A program made the position numbers and the translations under genes. DNA of 64,000 bases from an uncultured Planctomycetales bacterium (lineage in GTDB: Bacteria > Omnitrophota > Gorgyraeia > Zapsychrales > JAHFFX01). Of this stretch, positions 15,886-25,431 are shown one piece after another. A model generated the notes under the pieces. The model was given only the letters and a program-made list of their open reading frames with translations, made no database searches and had not been told where the DNA came from. Within the stretch, counting starts at the first letter, position 1. Each line of letters starts with the position of its first letter. The DNA is taken from assembly GCA_964612665.1 (NCBI GenBank), contig CAZTCI010000007.1, positions 18,981-82,980 of the forward strand, given 5' to 3'.

Positions 15886-17397
15886 TCAAATCCGTTTAGA
15901 AAGCTGGGTCACCGTAAAAAGCTTTTTGATTAAGGTTTCTTTAATCGTTTCCGGCTGCAGGCGCCATTGCCAATTATCTTTGGCGGTTCCCGGCATATTC
16001 ATGCGGGCTTCTTTCCCAAGATTAAGAATGTCTTGTAGCGGAATGATCGCCGTTGCGGCCTTTGAAGCCATGGCCACACAGATGAGCTGCCAGGCAATAT
16101 CATCGGCTGGCACATTTTTTTTCAGATAATCAAATAAATTTTTCTTTTCCTCCGGCGTAATATCGTTTTCAAACCAGCCGCGCGTTGTGTTGTTGTCATG
16201 GGTGCCCGTATAGACAAGCGCATTCTCATCAAAATTTTCCGGTATGTATGGATTGTCCTTTGGATCTCCACCAAAAGCAAACTGCAAGACCTTCATTCCG
16301 GGAAACCCAAAACGTTTCATGGCCGCTTTCACATCATCGGTAATGAGGCCCAAATCTTCGGCGATAAGCATGTTTTTAGGGAACTCTTTCAAAAGGGTTT
16401 TGAAAAAATCCTCATAAGGCACAGAGATCCATTGACCATGAATCGCTGTCGGTTCAGAAGCCGAAATTTCCCAATATGCAATTAACCCGCGGAAATGATC
16501 AATGCGGACCCAGTCAAAAATTTTAAAATTATGGCGCAGGCGTTTTAACCACCAGACGAAACCGGTTTCCTGTAATTTATCCCATCGATAAACCGGATTA
16601 CCCCAGCGCTGGCCGGTTTTACTGAAATAATCAGGCGGCACACCGGCGACAACAGTTGGCTTGCGGTTTTCACCTAATTTAAAAAGTTCTGGATGCGCCC
16701 AAACATCGGCGCTGTCATAATCAACATAGATAGGCGCATCGCCGATAAATTCAATTCCTTTTTTACGGCAATAAGTTTTTAAATTAGACCATTGTTTGGC
16801 AAAGATATATTGTAAAAGTTTGGCGCGGGCGATTGAATCCGCGAGTTCACTGCGCGCTTCTTGAAGCGCTTTGGGATTACGTTCTTGAAATTCCTGCGGC
16901 CAATCTGACCAGACTTTACCGGAAAATTTTTCTTTAAGCGTCACAAATAAAGTAAAGTCATCCAGCCAGTCACTGTTTTCGACACAAAATCTTTCTAAAT
17001 CTTTTTTAAAAGCGGGTTTAGTTTTCTTAAGATTGCCGTATGCCTTGTCGAACAAAATATTTTTATATAGACCCACTGTAAAATAATCCGCTTTATCGGC
17101 GCTAAAATCTGGCAAGGGCGATAAATCATTTTCAATCAACAACCCTTCTTCAATCATAAAATCTAAATTGAGAAAAAGCGTGTTCATAGCAAAGGCCGAA
17201 TGACTACTGTAGGGGGAATTGCCTAAGGCGTTGTCCGTCGGAGTTAACGGCAAGACCTGCCAATAACGTTGGCCGCTAGCGGCGAGAAAATCGGCGAATT
17301 GATAAGCCTCAGGGCCCAAATCGCCAATGCCAAATGGTGATGGCAATGAGCTGATATGAAAAAGAATGCCGCTGCCGCGTTTTACTTTATGTTTCAT
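15886..17397 (-). CDS. malQ: 4-alpha-glucanotransferase (amylomaltase, GH77)
   Basis: GILFHISSLPSPFGIGDLG and WQVLPLTP are the GH77 N-terminal signature. Confidence 0.9.
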   Translation of the reverse strand: MKHKVKRGSGILFHISSLPSPFGIGDLGPEAYQFADFLAASGQRYWQVLPLTPTDNALGNSPYSSHSAFAMNTLFLNLDFMIEEGLLIENDLSPLPDFSADKADYFTVGLYKNILFDKAYGNLKKTKPAFKKDLERFCVENSDWLDDFTLFVTLKEKFSGKVWSDWPQEFQERNPKALQEARSELADSIARAKLLQYIFAKQWSNLKTYCRKKGIEFIGDAPIYVDYDSADVWAHPELFKLGENRKPTVVAGVPPDYFSKTGQRWGNPVYRWDKLQETGFVWWLKRLRHNFKIFDWVRIDHFRGLIAYWEISASEPTAIHGQWISVPYEDFFKTLLKEFPKNMLIAEDLGLITDDVKAAMKRFGFPGMKVLQFAFGGDPKDNPYIPENFDENALVYTGTHDNNTTRGWFENDITPEEKKNLFDYLKKNVPADDIAWQLICVAMASKAATAIIPLQDILNLGKEARMNMPGTAKDNWQWRLQPETIKETLIKKLFTVTQLSKRI

Positions 17398-17448
17398 AAT
17401 GGTCCTTCGTTAAAAATTTTTAAGCTTAAGTTTGCCAATGATTACCGT

Positions 17449-17510
17449 GGGCGCCCCGCGGAGTAAAGTGACGAAGGGCGCCCCGCGCTTTACCTGCAAG
17501 GCGCCCCGCG
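17449..17510. repeat. three direct copies of GC-rich 11/12-mer GGCGCCCCGCG, spaced 27 and 24 bp
   Basis: Read directly. Each copy contains overlapping GGCGCC and CCGCGG palindromes. The array abuts the GH57 stop codon. Confidence 0.6.
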
Positions 17511-19925
17511 TTACCCGCTTTTAATCTGCAACAACTGCCCTAACTCATTAAATAACTGAACCCATTTTTGATTCTGCGCTTCGCCTTTTTTGGATTTCTC
17601 GAGCTGGGTCGCAAGAACTTTCTTCTGAACAAAAAAATAAATATTTTGCGACCGCCAAACATCAAGTGCCAAAGGCAACTTTTGAAGGTTGGTTAATAAT
17701 TTAATTATATGCTCTAACCGCAGAATATCATCTGCCGAAAAAGAAAATTTATCCATGAGGGTATTAACGCGCTGGCTGGCCAGAAAGTTTAAAGACGGAT
17801 CAACCGCAAACGACCAGCGCCGGAATTCCTCAACCAAACCCGCCAACCGGTTATAATCAATCTTGTCCATTTCCAAAAGCTGCTGCAAATCCCGGTTTAA
17901 AACAAATTCCATGGTGGTTGCAAGCGCCTTGGGCAGTGAAACATGGCTATGAATATCGGCTTTCATTAAAGGTTTATGGTGCTGATAAATCTGACGGAAG
18001 ATGACTTCCAATTCTTTTAGCGTCGGATAAAGAATCCGGTTTAAAATTCTTTCCTGCTCGGTTTTAAAAAGATCACTCAGCCCGTATTCGCGTTTATCAA
18101 TCAATTCTGCCATGCGCTCTTTAAGTTTGGCGATATCATTTTTCAAAAAAAGTGAATTCAATTCCTTTTGAATATTTTCAAAATCAAGAACCGGCCCTAA
18201 ACGCAGACGCGCATCAATCTGAATTTGTTCAGCTTCGCGATGCAAAACCGCAAAAATCACATCCGCTTCTTCATCGGTTATCTCCGAAACAATATGGGCC
18301 TGTCCCACTATAAATCTTTTACGCCCAGAAAAATCCGTTTCACTTCCCTTGCGCGTTACTTTGTAATAATAAATCTTTTCTTTCGACGTAAACATCTCAA
18401 ACAACGACCCGATCGCATAATGCACACCGACCCGTCGGATATCGACAACCGCAGGTGTCACAAATTCTTCGTAAACCCGCCGCCCATTTTTCATTTCAGA
18501 TTTGTTGCTTAAAGCTAAACTCAACTGATCTAAAAATTCTTTTTCTAAATCCGGACCGCCCACTTCCTGGGCCAACTGCATAGCCCGCGCGGCATATTGC
18601 AAAACCTGAATCGTTTCAATCCCAGAAATATCATCAAAAAACCATCCACAGCTCGTGTACATGAGCATAACGTGGCGCTGCATTTCCATGAGTTTTAGAA
18701 TTTTGATTTTATCTTCTTTAACGCTCATATTCTTTTGAATAAACTTTGAGATAGATTCTTCGCTGCGATTCAAAACGACATCAATATAATTGTTGCGCGC
18801 CGCCCACGGATCTTGCGTAAAGACTTTCATTTCTTTTTCGTACACATCGATCAATTTATCGCGCAGCCAGTCCATACAACTACGCAAAGGCTGCCGCCAT
18901 TGTTGTGTCCAGCCTGGATGAGTCGCGACGGAGCAGCCACAATTCGCCCGCCAGCGTTCAACGCCATGAGCGCAACTCCAAGATGTACTCTCAACGATCT
19001 CAACCTCATGGGTGGGAGGAAACTTGTTTAAAAACTCTCCGTAAATAGTCAAACCCACACCCCGCTCAACATGGTGTTGAATGTAATGCAAACAATAAGC
19101 AAGCGCCATATCGCCGAAGCGGTGGTGATGCCCATAGGTTTCTCCGTCGGTAGCTATATGCATAAGCCGGACTTGCGTATCATCAGGGAAACTGCCGATT
19201 AAACGATTTGCAAAAGTTTCACCGCTATTTAATAAACCGCCAAACGCGACGTCATGCGAAGCGCCGCCGTCGTAAAAGAAAAGCACAATCGAATGCCCGC
19301 CGGGCAAACGGCAACGATACGGAACGTTAAGGTCAATATTTCCCTGAGCATCTTTCCAATGGTTATCATTCAAATTTTTTATCCGCTTAGCTTGATGCGG
19401 CGCCAGGACGGTAAATTGAATGCCGTGCTCAGCCAAAACGTCCAGCGTCTCAACATCCACCGCTGTCTCCGGCAGCCACATCCCTTCCGGTTTGCGTTTA
19501 AAACGGTGTTCAAAATCACGTATGCCCCAAATGACCTGTGTTTCTTTATCCCGACGGTTAGCAAGCGGCATAATCATGTGGTTATAAGCCTGCGCCAGCG
19601 CCGAGCCATGGCCTGAAAAATTTTTTTGACTTTCGCGGTCCGCCTCCAAAATGGATTGGTAAACTTCCGGCTTATGTTTTTCCATCCAAGACAAAAGTGT
19701 CGGCCCAAAATTAAAACTGATTTTGGCGTAATTGTTCGCGACATCCAAAATCCGCCGGTCTTCAAGAATACGGCAGGCCGCATTCGGCGCGTAACACTCG
19801 GCGGTAATCCGTTCGTTCCAATCATGGTACGGCGCCGCGGATTCCTGGATTTCAATCGCCTCCAGCCAAGGGTTTTCCCGAGGAGGTTGGTAGAAGTGAC
19901 CATGTATGCAAATGAACTTATTCAT
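17511..19925 (-). CDS. glycoside hydrolase family 57 protein with DUF3536-type C-terminal region
   Basis: The N-terminal CIHGHFYQPPRENPW motif is typical of this GH57 subgroup. 804 aa. Confidence 0.75.
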   Translation of the reverse strand: MNKFICIHGHFYQPPRENPWLEAIEIQESAAPYHDWNERITAECYAPNAACRILEDRRILDVANNYAKISFNFGPTLLSWMEKHKPEVYQSILEADRESQKNFSGHGSALAQAYNHMIMPLANRRDKETQVIWGIRDFEHRFKRKPEGMWLPETAVDVETLDVLAEHGIQFTVLAPHQAKRIKNLNDNHWKDAQGNIDLNVPYRCRLPGGHSIVLFFYDGGASHDVAFGGLLNSGETFANRLIGSFPDDTQVRLMHIATDGETYGHHHRFGDMALAYCLHYIQHHVERGVGLTIYGEFLNKFPPTHEVEIVESTSWSCAHGVERWRANCGCSVATHPGWTQQWRQPLRSCMDWLRDKLIDVYEKEMKVFTQDPWAARNNYIDVVLNRSEESISKFIQKNMSVKEDKIKILKLMEMQRHVMLMYTSCGWFFDDISGIETIQVLQYAARAMQLAQEVGGPDLEKEFLDQLSLALSNKSEMKNGRRVYEEFVTPAVVDIRRVGVHYAIGSLFEMFTSKEKIYYYKVTRKGSETDFSGRKRFIVGQAHIVSEITDEEADVIFAVLHREAEQIQIDARLRLGPVLDFENIQKELNSLFLKNDIAKLKERMAELIDKREYGLSDLFKTEQERILNRILYPTLKELEVIFRQIYQHHKPLMKADIHSHVSLPKALATTMEFVLNRDLQQLLEMDKIDYNRLAGLVEEFRRWSFAVDPSLNFLASQRVNTLMDKFSFSADDILRLEHIIKLLTNLQKLPLALDVWRSQNIYFFVQKKVLATQLEKSKKGEAQNQKWVQLFNELGQLLQIKSG

Positions 19926-20109
19926 AAATTAAAAACTCAATCGTTAGAGAAAAAATTCCAAATCCCAAGCATCAAATACAAATAAATTTTAAATTCCACA
20001 TTTTAAATCTCAAAGGCTCCTTGGATTAAACTTTGAGCCTTAAAAATTTGGAATTTAACAATTATTTGGAATTTGGCGTTTGAAATTTGGAACTTAATTT
20101 TCCCAATTA

Positions 20110-21924
20110 CTATTTTTTCGCCTTACTGTTTTGAGTCACAGCTCCGTTTCCTCCGGTTGTTCTCGATGGGGCGGCTTGATTTTTAAAAGCCCGCAATTCT
20201 GACTCAATCAAAGTAACGAAGGTCTTGCTATTTTTTGTCGTGTAATTGATTTTGTCTTCACGCGCCAACCAGCCAAGCGCTTGGAAAGTTACAGTTTCAT
20301 CTTCCTTGAGCGTTTTGGGAAGCTGATCAATGCTCACTTCTCCTTTTTCACCCAAGGTCTTCCACGTTTTTCCAGCCGCTTGAATAATTTTTTCTTTCAT
20401 GTTCTTTTCCTCCACATTAGGTTCTGTACTTGTGCTCTTCTTCTCTTCGATGTGATTTATATAATGAACTGTTTTCCCTGGCCCGCGATTCAAAGTTTCC
20501 ATTCCCCGACGGCAAATCTCTTTGGCATATTCCGTCCAAAGCCCTTGCCCCCAATAACGAAAACAGCTTGTTTGTGAAACTAAAAGATACAACAGGCATT
20601 CTTGATAATATGAATCATTTGTGTCAACCGACTGTCCATCGAACTTTTGATGAAACGCGAAACTTAATCTGTTAATCGGATCAAGAACATTCTCATATCC
20701 TTTGACCCAGTTAATATTACTGGTCCACGATGCTTTTTCTAAATGAAAGTCATGATATTTTGCTTGAGCTTTTTCGATGGCTTTTTCGGCAGCGCCGGGT
20801 TCGAACTCTTTTAGAAATTCCCAAACCCGATACTGCATGATGGGTTGAACGGGAACGAAATCACTGTCTTTAATACCGCTTTCCCGACGGATAAATTCCA
20901 AATATTCAGAACCGTTCATCGAAACCGTCGCGCGGTCCGAAATCTGATCAAACGCCTGGCGAAACCCAGGGGGAAATTCATTCATCATAACCCCGCCGTT
21001 TTCGCCGTCACCGATTTGCGCGCAGTATGGCGGCAGATTACGGCCTTGATAATCTTCACGCCCTTTACTTTTCGCCTCATAAAAAGGCTGCATCTGGGCG
21101 ACGAGTTTTGTGTCTGAACCTTGCGTTTTAATCAGCACGGTGATTTCTGCCGTTTGTCCTAACGAATTTTTCGCGACGAGACGATGCGGAAAATTTGGAC
21201 GCCGAATGGAAGATCCATCGAGCTGCTCAATTGTGTGTTCTTGAACCAAAAGCCATTGATAGCCGCAGGCTTTTAAAGTCTTGACGTATTCATAACAAAT
21301 GTCAGGGTGAATTGGTAAATGCATCTCCGGCGGAGAAAATCCTTTAACCCGCTTGAGCGCTTCCTCGCCGAAAATCGCGCCGAAATGATTGAGCCACGCC
21401 AGCACATGCAATCTGATATCCGGAATCGGCGTCGAGGAAACAACCGCATGCGACCACATCGTTCCCAGCCACTCGACGTTGCGGTAATATTGCGGCTGGC
21501 TTGTAATTTTTTTTAGGTTATCCAAAACCCAGTTTGCTCCCATTTGACGCAGACCCCACAAAAGATTTCCAGAATAATCCAGCATCACGCGCGGATGCTG
21601 TCCGCGGGCGACCATTTCCGGAATCATGTCGCCGAGCCGGGCGTAACAGTTCAGAAAAACCGGCGCGTTATGGTTGTCGCCGGTATTTTGATGTTCCATC
21701 ATGTATTGAAGATTACTAATAAGCGCGGCGTTTCTTAGATCGTCGTGGCCGGCAGGAATCGTTGGCTGGTGCATGTGAAGCGCAATGCCGAAGGCGGATT
21801 GAACCTCATCGTAAATCATTTCAGAAAGCGGCGCGTAAAAATCATGTTCAAAAAGCCGATAGGATAATAGGCGGTTTTCGTCGGGAACAATATTGGGAAG
21901 ACCGTTAAGAATATCTTTTGCCAT
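20110..21924 (-). CDS. glycoside hydrolase family 57 protein (second paralog) with a C-terminal winged-helix-like extension
   Basis: ALHMHQP is an HxHxP-type GH57 motif. The C-terminal ~90 aa are K/E-rich and helical. Confidence 0.65.
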   Translation of the reverse strand: MAKDILNGLPNIVPDENRLLSYRLFEHDFYAPLSEMIYDEVQSAFGIALHMHQPTIPAGHDDLRNAALISNLQYMMEHQNTGDNHNAPVFLNCYARLGDMIPEMVARGQHPRVMLDYSGNLLWGLRQMGANWVLDNLKKITSQPQYYRNVEWLGTMWSHAVVSSTPIPDIRLHVLAWLNHFGAIFGEEALKRVKGFSPPEMHLPIHPDICYEYVKTLKACGYQWLLVQEHTIEQLDGSSIRRPNFPHRLVAKNSLGQTAEITVLIKTQGSDTKLVAQMQPFYEAKSKGREDYQGRNLPPYCAQIGDGENGGVMMNEFPPGFRQAFDQISDRATVSMNGSEYLEFIRRESGIKDSDFVPVQPIMQYRVWEFLKEFEPGAAEKAIEKAQAKYHDFHLEKASWTSNINWVKGYENVLDPINRLSFAFHQKFDGQSVDTNDSYYQECLLYLLVSQTSCFRYWGQGLWTEYAKEICRRGMETLNRGPGKTVHYINHIEEKKSTSTEPNVEEKNMKEKIIQAAGKTWKTLGEKGEVSIDQLPKTLKEDETVTFQALGWLAREDKINYTTKNSKTFVTLIESELRAFKNQAAPSRTTGGNGAVTQNSKAKK

Positions 21925-21957
21925 CGCGTCACACCTTTTTAAACAGAAAAAACGTGT

Positions 21958-22054
21958 AAGGTTACGTAGCTGGTATCGTTAATCGGTATCGGTTACGTTT
22001 TAAAAATTTTAACCGTTACCCTTAACCGGACGACGATACGAGCTACGCAACCTT
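21958..22054. repeat. solo inverted-repeat element of the CGTAGCT(C/G)GTATCG family (21-bp arms, 19/21 match, ~55-bp spacer, no cargo)
   Basis: Left arm AAGGTTACGTAGCTGGTATCG, right arm CGATACGAGCTACGCAACCTT. The cores match the inverted repeats flanking the four-helix-bundle gene at 57781/58269. Confidence 0.6.
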
Positions 22055-22071
22055 AACCTTTTACCAAAATT

Positions 22072-23763
22072 TTATAAGGCTTGAGGTTGTAAAATCTCAG
22101 GATGTCGACGCAGGTGGGCCTTTGAACTTGAGGAGTCAGAGATTCTTTGGTTAATTTTTATTTTCGATTGAAAATATTGAACGCAATCCATGTCACTAAA
22201 AATATTGTCGCGGCTTTCAACTTCGTTAAGCCAGTCGCAATCAATTGTGTTTTGGCAAATATCTTCGTACAACCGCGTAAACCGGCTGATATGGAGCTTG
22301 ACTCTTTTTTCGGCGTAAGCGACCATCGTTCCGGATTTCATGATAAACGGCCAGTCACTCGCCTGAGCTAATAAAAGTTCACGCGCGGCTTGATTCAAAG
22401 CGCGCCACGCCGGCGTGGATTTTTTCATTGGAAAGGCCGCCGCCTTCTCTATCAGTTCAAGCATCCGTTTCCCAGCGACATGCAGATGCCGGTAAATCCA
22501 ATCGTTGCTCCCTTCAACCCAATATTCATTATAACCTTTATAACCCCAGCTTGACGCCGAAGGAAGCGACACTTGATTTGTTGGATATTCGGCGAGATAT
22601 TCCGACGGTGTAACCATTTTTAAAACGGTTTGATCAAAGGCCGCCTTACGCATCAAGAAATCAATCCACATCGGGCCTTCGTACCACCAATGACCAAACA
22701 GTTCCGCATCATACGGCGCGACAATGATCGGCTTGCGGTCCATATGATGATTCAGATGTTCGATCTGCTTTTGACGGTTAAATATAAAATTTCCGGCGTG
22801 GCTGGCCGCGGTTTCTTTCGCCCACTCAGGCATATACGGTTCTTTAAGACTCGTGTGGCCGGTAATTCGCCAATATTTAAAACCTGTATTGATGCGAAAC
22901 CCCTGAGGATGAATGTAAGGTTTGATGTAATTGTATTCGAGCTCGTAACCGATATCTTTATAGTATTCACGATAAACCGCATCACCAGGATAACCTTCCT
23001 GAGCGCTCCAAACTTGTTTGGAAGATTCCCAATCACGTCCGAAGGCCGCAACGCCAGACAACGGACAATACAACGGCGCATAAACACTATAACGCGCGAC
23101 GGGATCAGCATGCAAAATGCCGTGCGCGTCGACAAAAAAATAACGGATGCCAGCCTCTTTTAAAATTGTATCCACGCCCGGATAGTAACCGCACTCCGGA
23201 AGCCAAAAACCTTTAGGCTGGCGACCGAAAATCTCTTTATAAAAATCAACGCCCAAATGAATTTGGGCGCGAACCATGTCCGTATCGGCGCTTAAAAGCG
23301 GGGAAAAACCATGCGTTGCCGACGAAGCAATGATTTCTAAAACGCCTAAGTCCTGAAATTTTTTAAAAGCCGCAACCAAATTCTTTTGGTAATGCTCAAC
23401 AAAAATTTCCCGCGCTTCAATTAATTTCCGCTGATACATCAACGTCAGCCCATGGAATTGCGGCTGAAATCCGGTACGCTCCACTTCTTTGTGCGATAAT
23501 TCAATCAGCCGATCAAGATAACGGACATAGCGATTTTGCAAAAGCGGATCCAAGAGCATCGATGCCAGCGTCGGCGTTAACGACATCGTTATCCGGAAAG
23601 GAACCCTGTCGCGAAGGAGTCCTTCAAAAACTTGAATGAGCGGAATATACGTTTCCGTAATCGCCTCGTAAAACCAATTCTCCTCGAGAAAATACTCTTC
23701 TTCCGGATGGCGGACGAAGGGTAAGTGAGCATGAAGAACTAGACAAACATAGCCTTTAGTCAT
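22072..23763 (-). CDS. GH57-type 1,4-alpha-glucan branching enzyme (DUF1957 C-terminal region)
   Basis: LVLHAHLPFV and WLPECGYYPG are GH57 branching-enzyme motifs. Confidence 0.8.
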   Translation of the reverse strand: MTKGYVCLVLHAHLPFVRHPEEEYFLEENWFYEAITETYIPLIQVFEGLLRDRVPFRITMSLTPTLASMLLDPLLQNRYVRYLDRLIELSHKEVERTGFQPQFHGLTLMYQRKLIEAREIFVEHYQKNLVAAFKKFQDLGVLEIIASSATHGFSPLLSADTDMVRAQIHLGVDFYKEIFGRQPKGFWLPECGYYPGVDTILKEAGIRYFFVDAHGILHADPVARYSVYAPLYCPLSGVAAFGRDWESSKQVWSAQEGYPGDAVYREYYKDIGYELEYNYIKPYIHPQGFRINTGFKYWRITGHTSLKEPYMPEWAKETAASHAGNFIFNRQKQIEHLNHHMDRKPIIVAPYDAELFGHWWYEGPMWIDFLMRKAAFDQTVLKMVTPSEYLAEYPTNQVSLPSASSWGYKGYNEYWVEGSNDWIYRHLHVAGKRMLELIEKAAAFPMKKSTPAWRALNQAARELLLAQASDWPFIMKSGTMVAYAEKRVKLHISRFTRLYEDICQNTIDCDWLNEVESRDNIFSDMDCVQYFQSKIKINQRISDSSSSKAHLRRHPEILQPQAL

Positions 23764-23852
23764 ATTAATTTCCAGTGATCAATAAACAAATCACAAACAA
23801 TTACCAATTCCAAAATGACAATATCCCAAATGCAACGTTTTGATTTTGAAAA

Positions 23853-23896
23853 TTTGACATTGGAATTTGTTTGGTCATTGTGGTTTGTTTATTGGA
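23853..23896. repeat. 44-bp AT-rich block, copy III (TTTGACATTGGAATTTGTTT...GTTTATTGGA); paralog at 25383..25426
   Basis: ~36/44 identity to block IV, in the same orientation, flanking the 470-aa ORF. Confidence 0.55.
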
Positions 23897-23914
23897 CGTT
23901 AGCGCTTCACTTTA

Positions 23915-25327
23915 TTACGAAATCTTTCCTTGCAACAAAACTGGCAATTCACAACGTGTCTGCCGGACAAACGTCGGCGCAATCGTTCGCGTTTCTACTT
24001 TATCTCCGGAGATCGCTGTAAAGGTCAACGGAATCTTTCCGTCGGGAAATGCAAAAAAACAACTAAAGGTTCCATCTGGACGAAGTTCCAATTTTTTATT
24101 TCCCATCCAAACTTCCGCGTTCGGTTCCGTACGGCCGTAAACCGTCAAGTTCGCATCCAGCTCAAAGAAAAATTTCCGCTGTTTCTGTTGATGCTTTTCG
24201 CTCGCGCCTAAAAGAAAACTGCTCGCGCCGCCCAGCTGCTGTTGTTTGAGTCCTTCGGCAGTCAACTCTTCTTCTTCCCACATTTCACCTTGCTCGGAAG
24301 CGCCGAGCCAAAATTTTCTCTTGGGCAAAAGCGCGTAAACACCTTTCCGCTTTTTTAACTGATGCGCAAAAGTAAGCGGCAGTTTTCTAGCCGCGAATTT
24401 AGCTAGACGATCGCCAAGAACTTTATAAAGAAACGGCATCAAACGTGAATAATACCGTCGGATATCATCATCCGTGATCGACAACACCCACGGCCGCTTT
24501 ACCGACATTCGAGTTTTAAAATCATCGCCTATTTTTCTTGTCGGCGGCATGATAACAAACGGACTCTGAACTTCTTCATCTTTAACTTCCATCCAAATCT
24601 GTTCGGTCCGCTCAGAATATTGCGCGCGCGGTGTATGGATTATATTCGATTGGGCTAACGCGATGAATTCTCCGGAAGATTTTAAAATTCCAATCTGCGC
24701 ACCCCAGCTGACATTATCCTTCGGAAGATTGACATACCAATTATTAGCTTGCCCCACATGAATATCCAGAGTCGCTCCCTGCTGATCGCCGTCGGTAATT
24801 TCGTAAATCTTCAATATCAATTCCAACTGTTGTTCTATATCGCCGGGAGATAATTCCCAGGTTGCAAAAATCCAAAATGGGTCTTTCACAAAGAGTGTCA
24901 GCCAAGTTTTGGCGTAGTGGGTTGGGAGTTCAGCATGATCAATATTATTGGCTTGGAAACTTTTAGTCACCGGTTTTTCAGCGGTGTTGTCCGAGTGCCA
25001 TAAATTTTTTAGAGCCTGTTTTCTTTTTAGCTTGGAGGGGATCAAAGGCTTTTCAGCTTGCTTTTTGACATAATATTTTATGGCGGTGAGCGATGGGATT
25101 TGTAAAAATTTGGATGTTTTAGGAACTGGAGTTTTGAAAGATTTTATCGCCGCAATCTTCGTTTTTGTTTTCAGGACTTTGATAGGACGAAGCATTTTTA
25201 AAGCCGACGCTTTTAAGCGTTTGGTTGGCTTTTCTTTTTGCGAAGTTATTTTTTTTGAAGTAGGCATTGGGGTGTTTATCTTAATGAAATTCCAATTCCC
25301 AAATTCCAATTGACAAATAATTTCCAA
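23915..25327 (-). CDS. hypothetical protein in the glycogen cluster (possibly DUF4912-like)
   Basis: No confident motif. The likely start is MPTSKK at 25267. Confidence 0.35.
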   Translation of the reverse strand: MEIICQLEFGNWNFIKINTPMPTSKKITSQKEKPTKRLKASALKMLRPIKVLKTKTKIAAIKSFKTPVPKTSKFLQIPSLTAIKYYVKKQAEKPLIPSKLKRKQALKNLWHSDNTAEKPVTKSFQANNIDHAELPTHYAKTWLTLFVKDPFWIFATWELSPGDIEQQLELILKIYEITDGDQQGATLDIHVGQANNWYVNLPKDNVSWGAQIGILKSSGEFIALAQSNIIHTPRAQYSERTEQIWMEVKDEEVQSPFVIMPPTRKIGDDFKTRMSVKRPWVLSITDDDIRRYYSRLMPFLYKVLGDRLAKFAARKLPLTFAHQLKKRKGVYALLPKRKFWLGASEQGEMWEEEELTAEGLKQQQLGGASSFLLGASEKHQQKQRKFFFELDANLTVYGRTEPNAEVWMGNKKLELRPDGTFSCFFAFPDGKIPLTFTAISGDKVETRTIAPTFVRQTRCELPVLLQGKIS

Positions 25328-25340
25328 ATCATTAAATCAC

Positions 25341-25376
25341 AATGACCAAAAAGTTTGACGAGTGTGTTTGGTCATT
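25341..25376. promoter_or_regulatory. perfect 10-bp inverted repeat AATGACCAAA-N16-TTTGGTCATT upstream of the 470-aa ORF
   Basis: Read directly. A related imperfect pair lies in block III. Confidence 0.4.
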
Positions 25377-25382
25377 AAAAAA

Positions 25383-25426
25383 TTTGGCATTGGAATTTGT
25401 TTATTAATTGGTAATTGTTTATTGGA
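25383..25426. repeat. 44-bp AT-rich block, copy IV (TTTGGCATTGGAATTTGTTT...GTTTATTGGA)
   Basis: Paralog of 23853..23896. Confidence 0.55.
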
Positions 25427-25431
25427 AATTT

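Noticed and set aside
15010-15899. ORFs 15010..15231, 15582..15899 and 15707..15889
   Set aside because: They lie over AT-rich promoter DNA or inside the TIR-flanked repeat unit, overlap better-supported genes, and have no motifs.
17449-17510. CRISPR array
   Set aside because: The repeats are only 11-12 bp, there are three copies, and the spacers are 13-16 bp. No cas genes are present. No other regularly spaced 25-40-bp repeats were found in the window.
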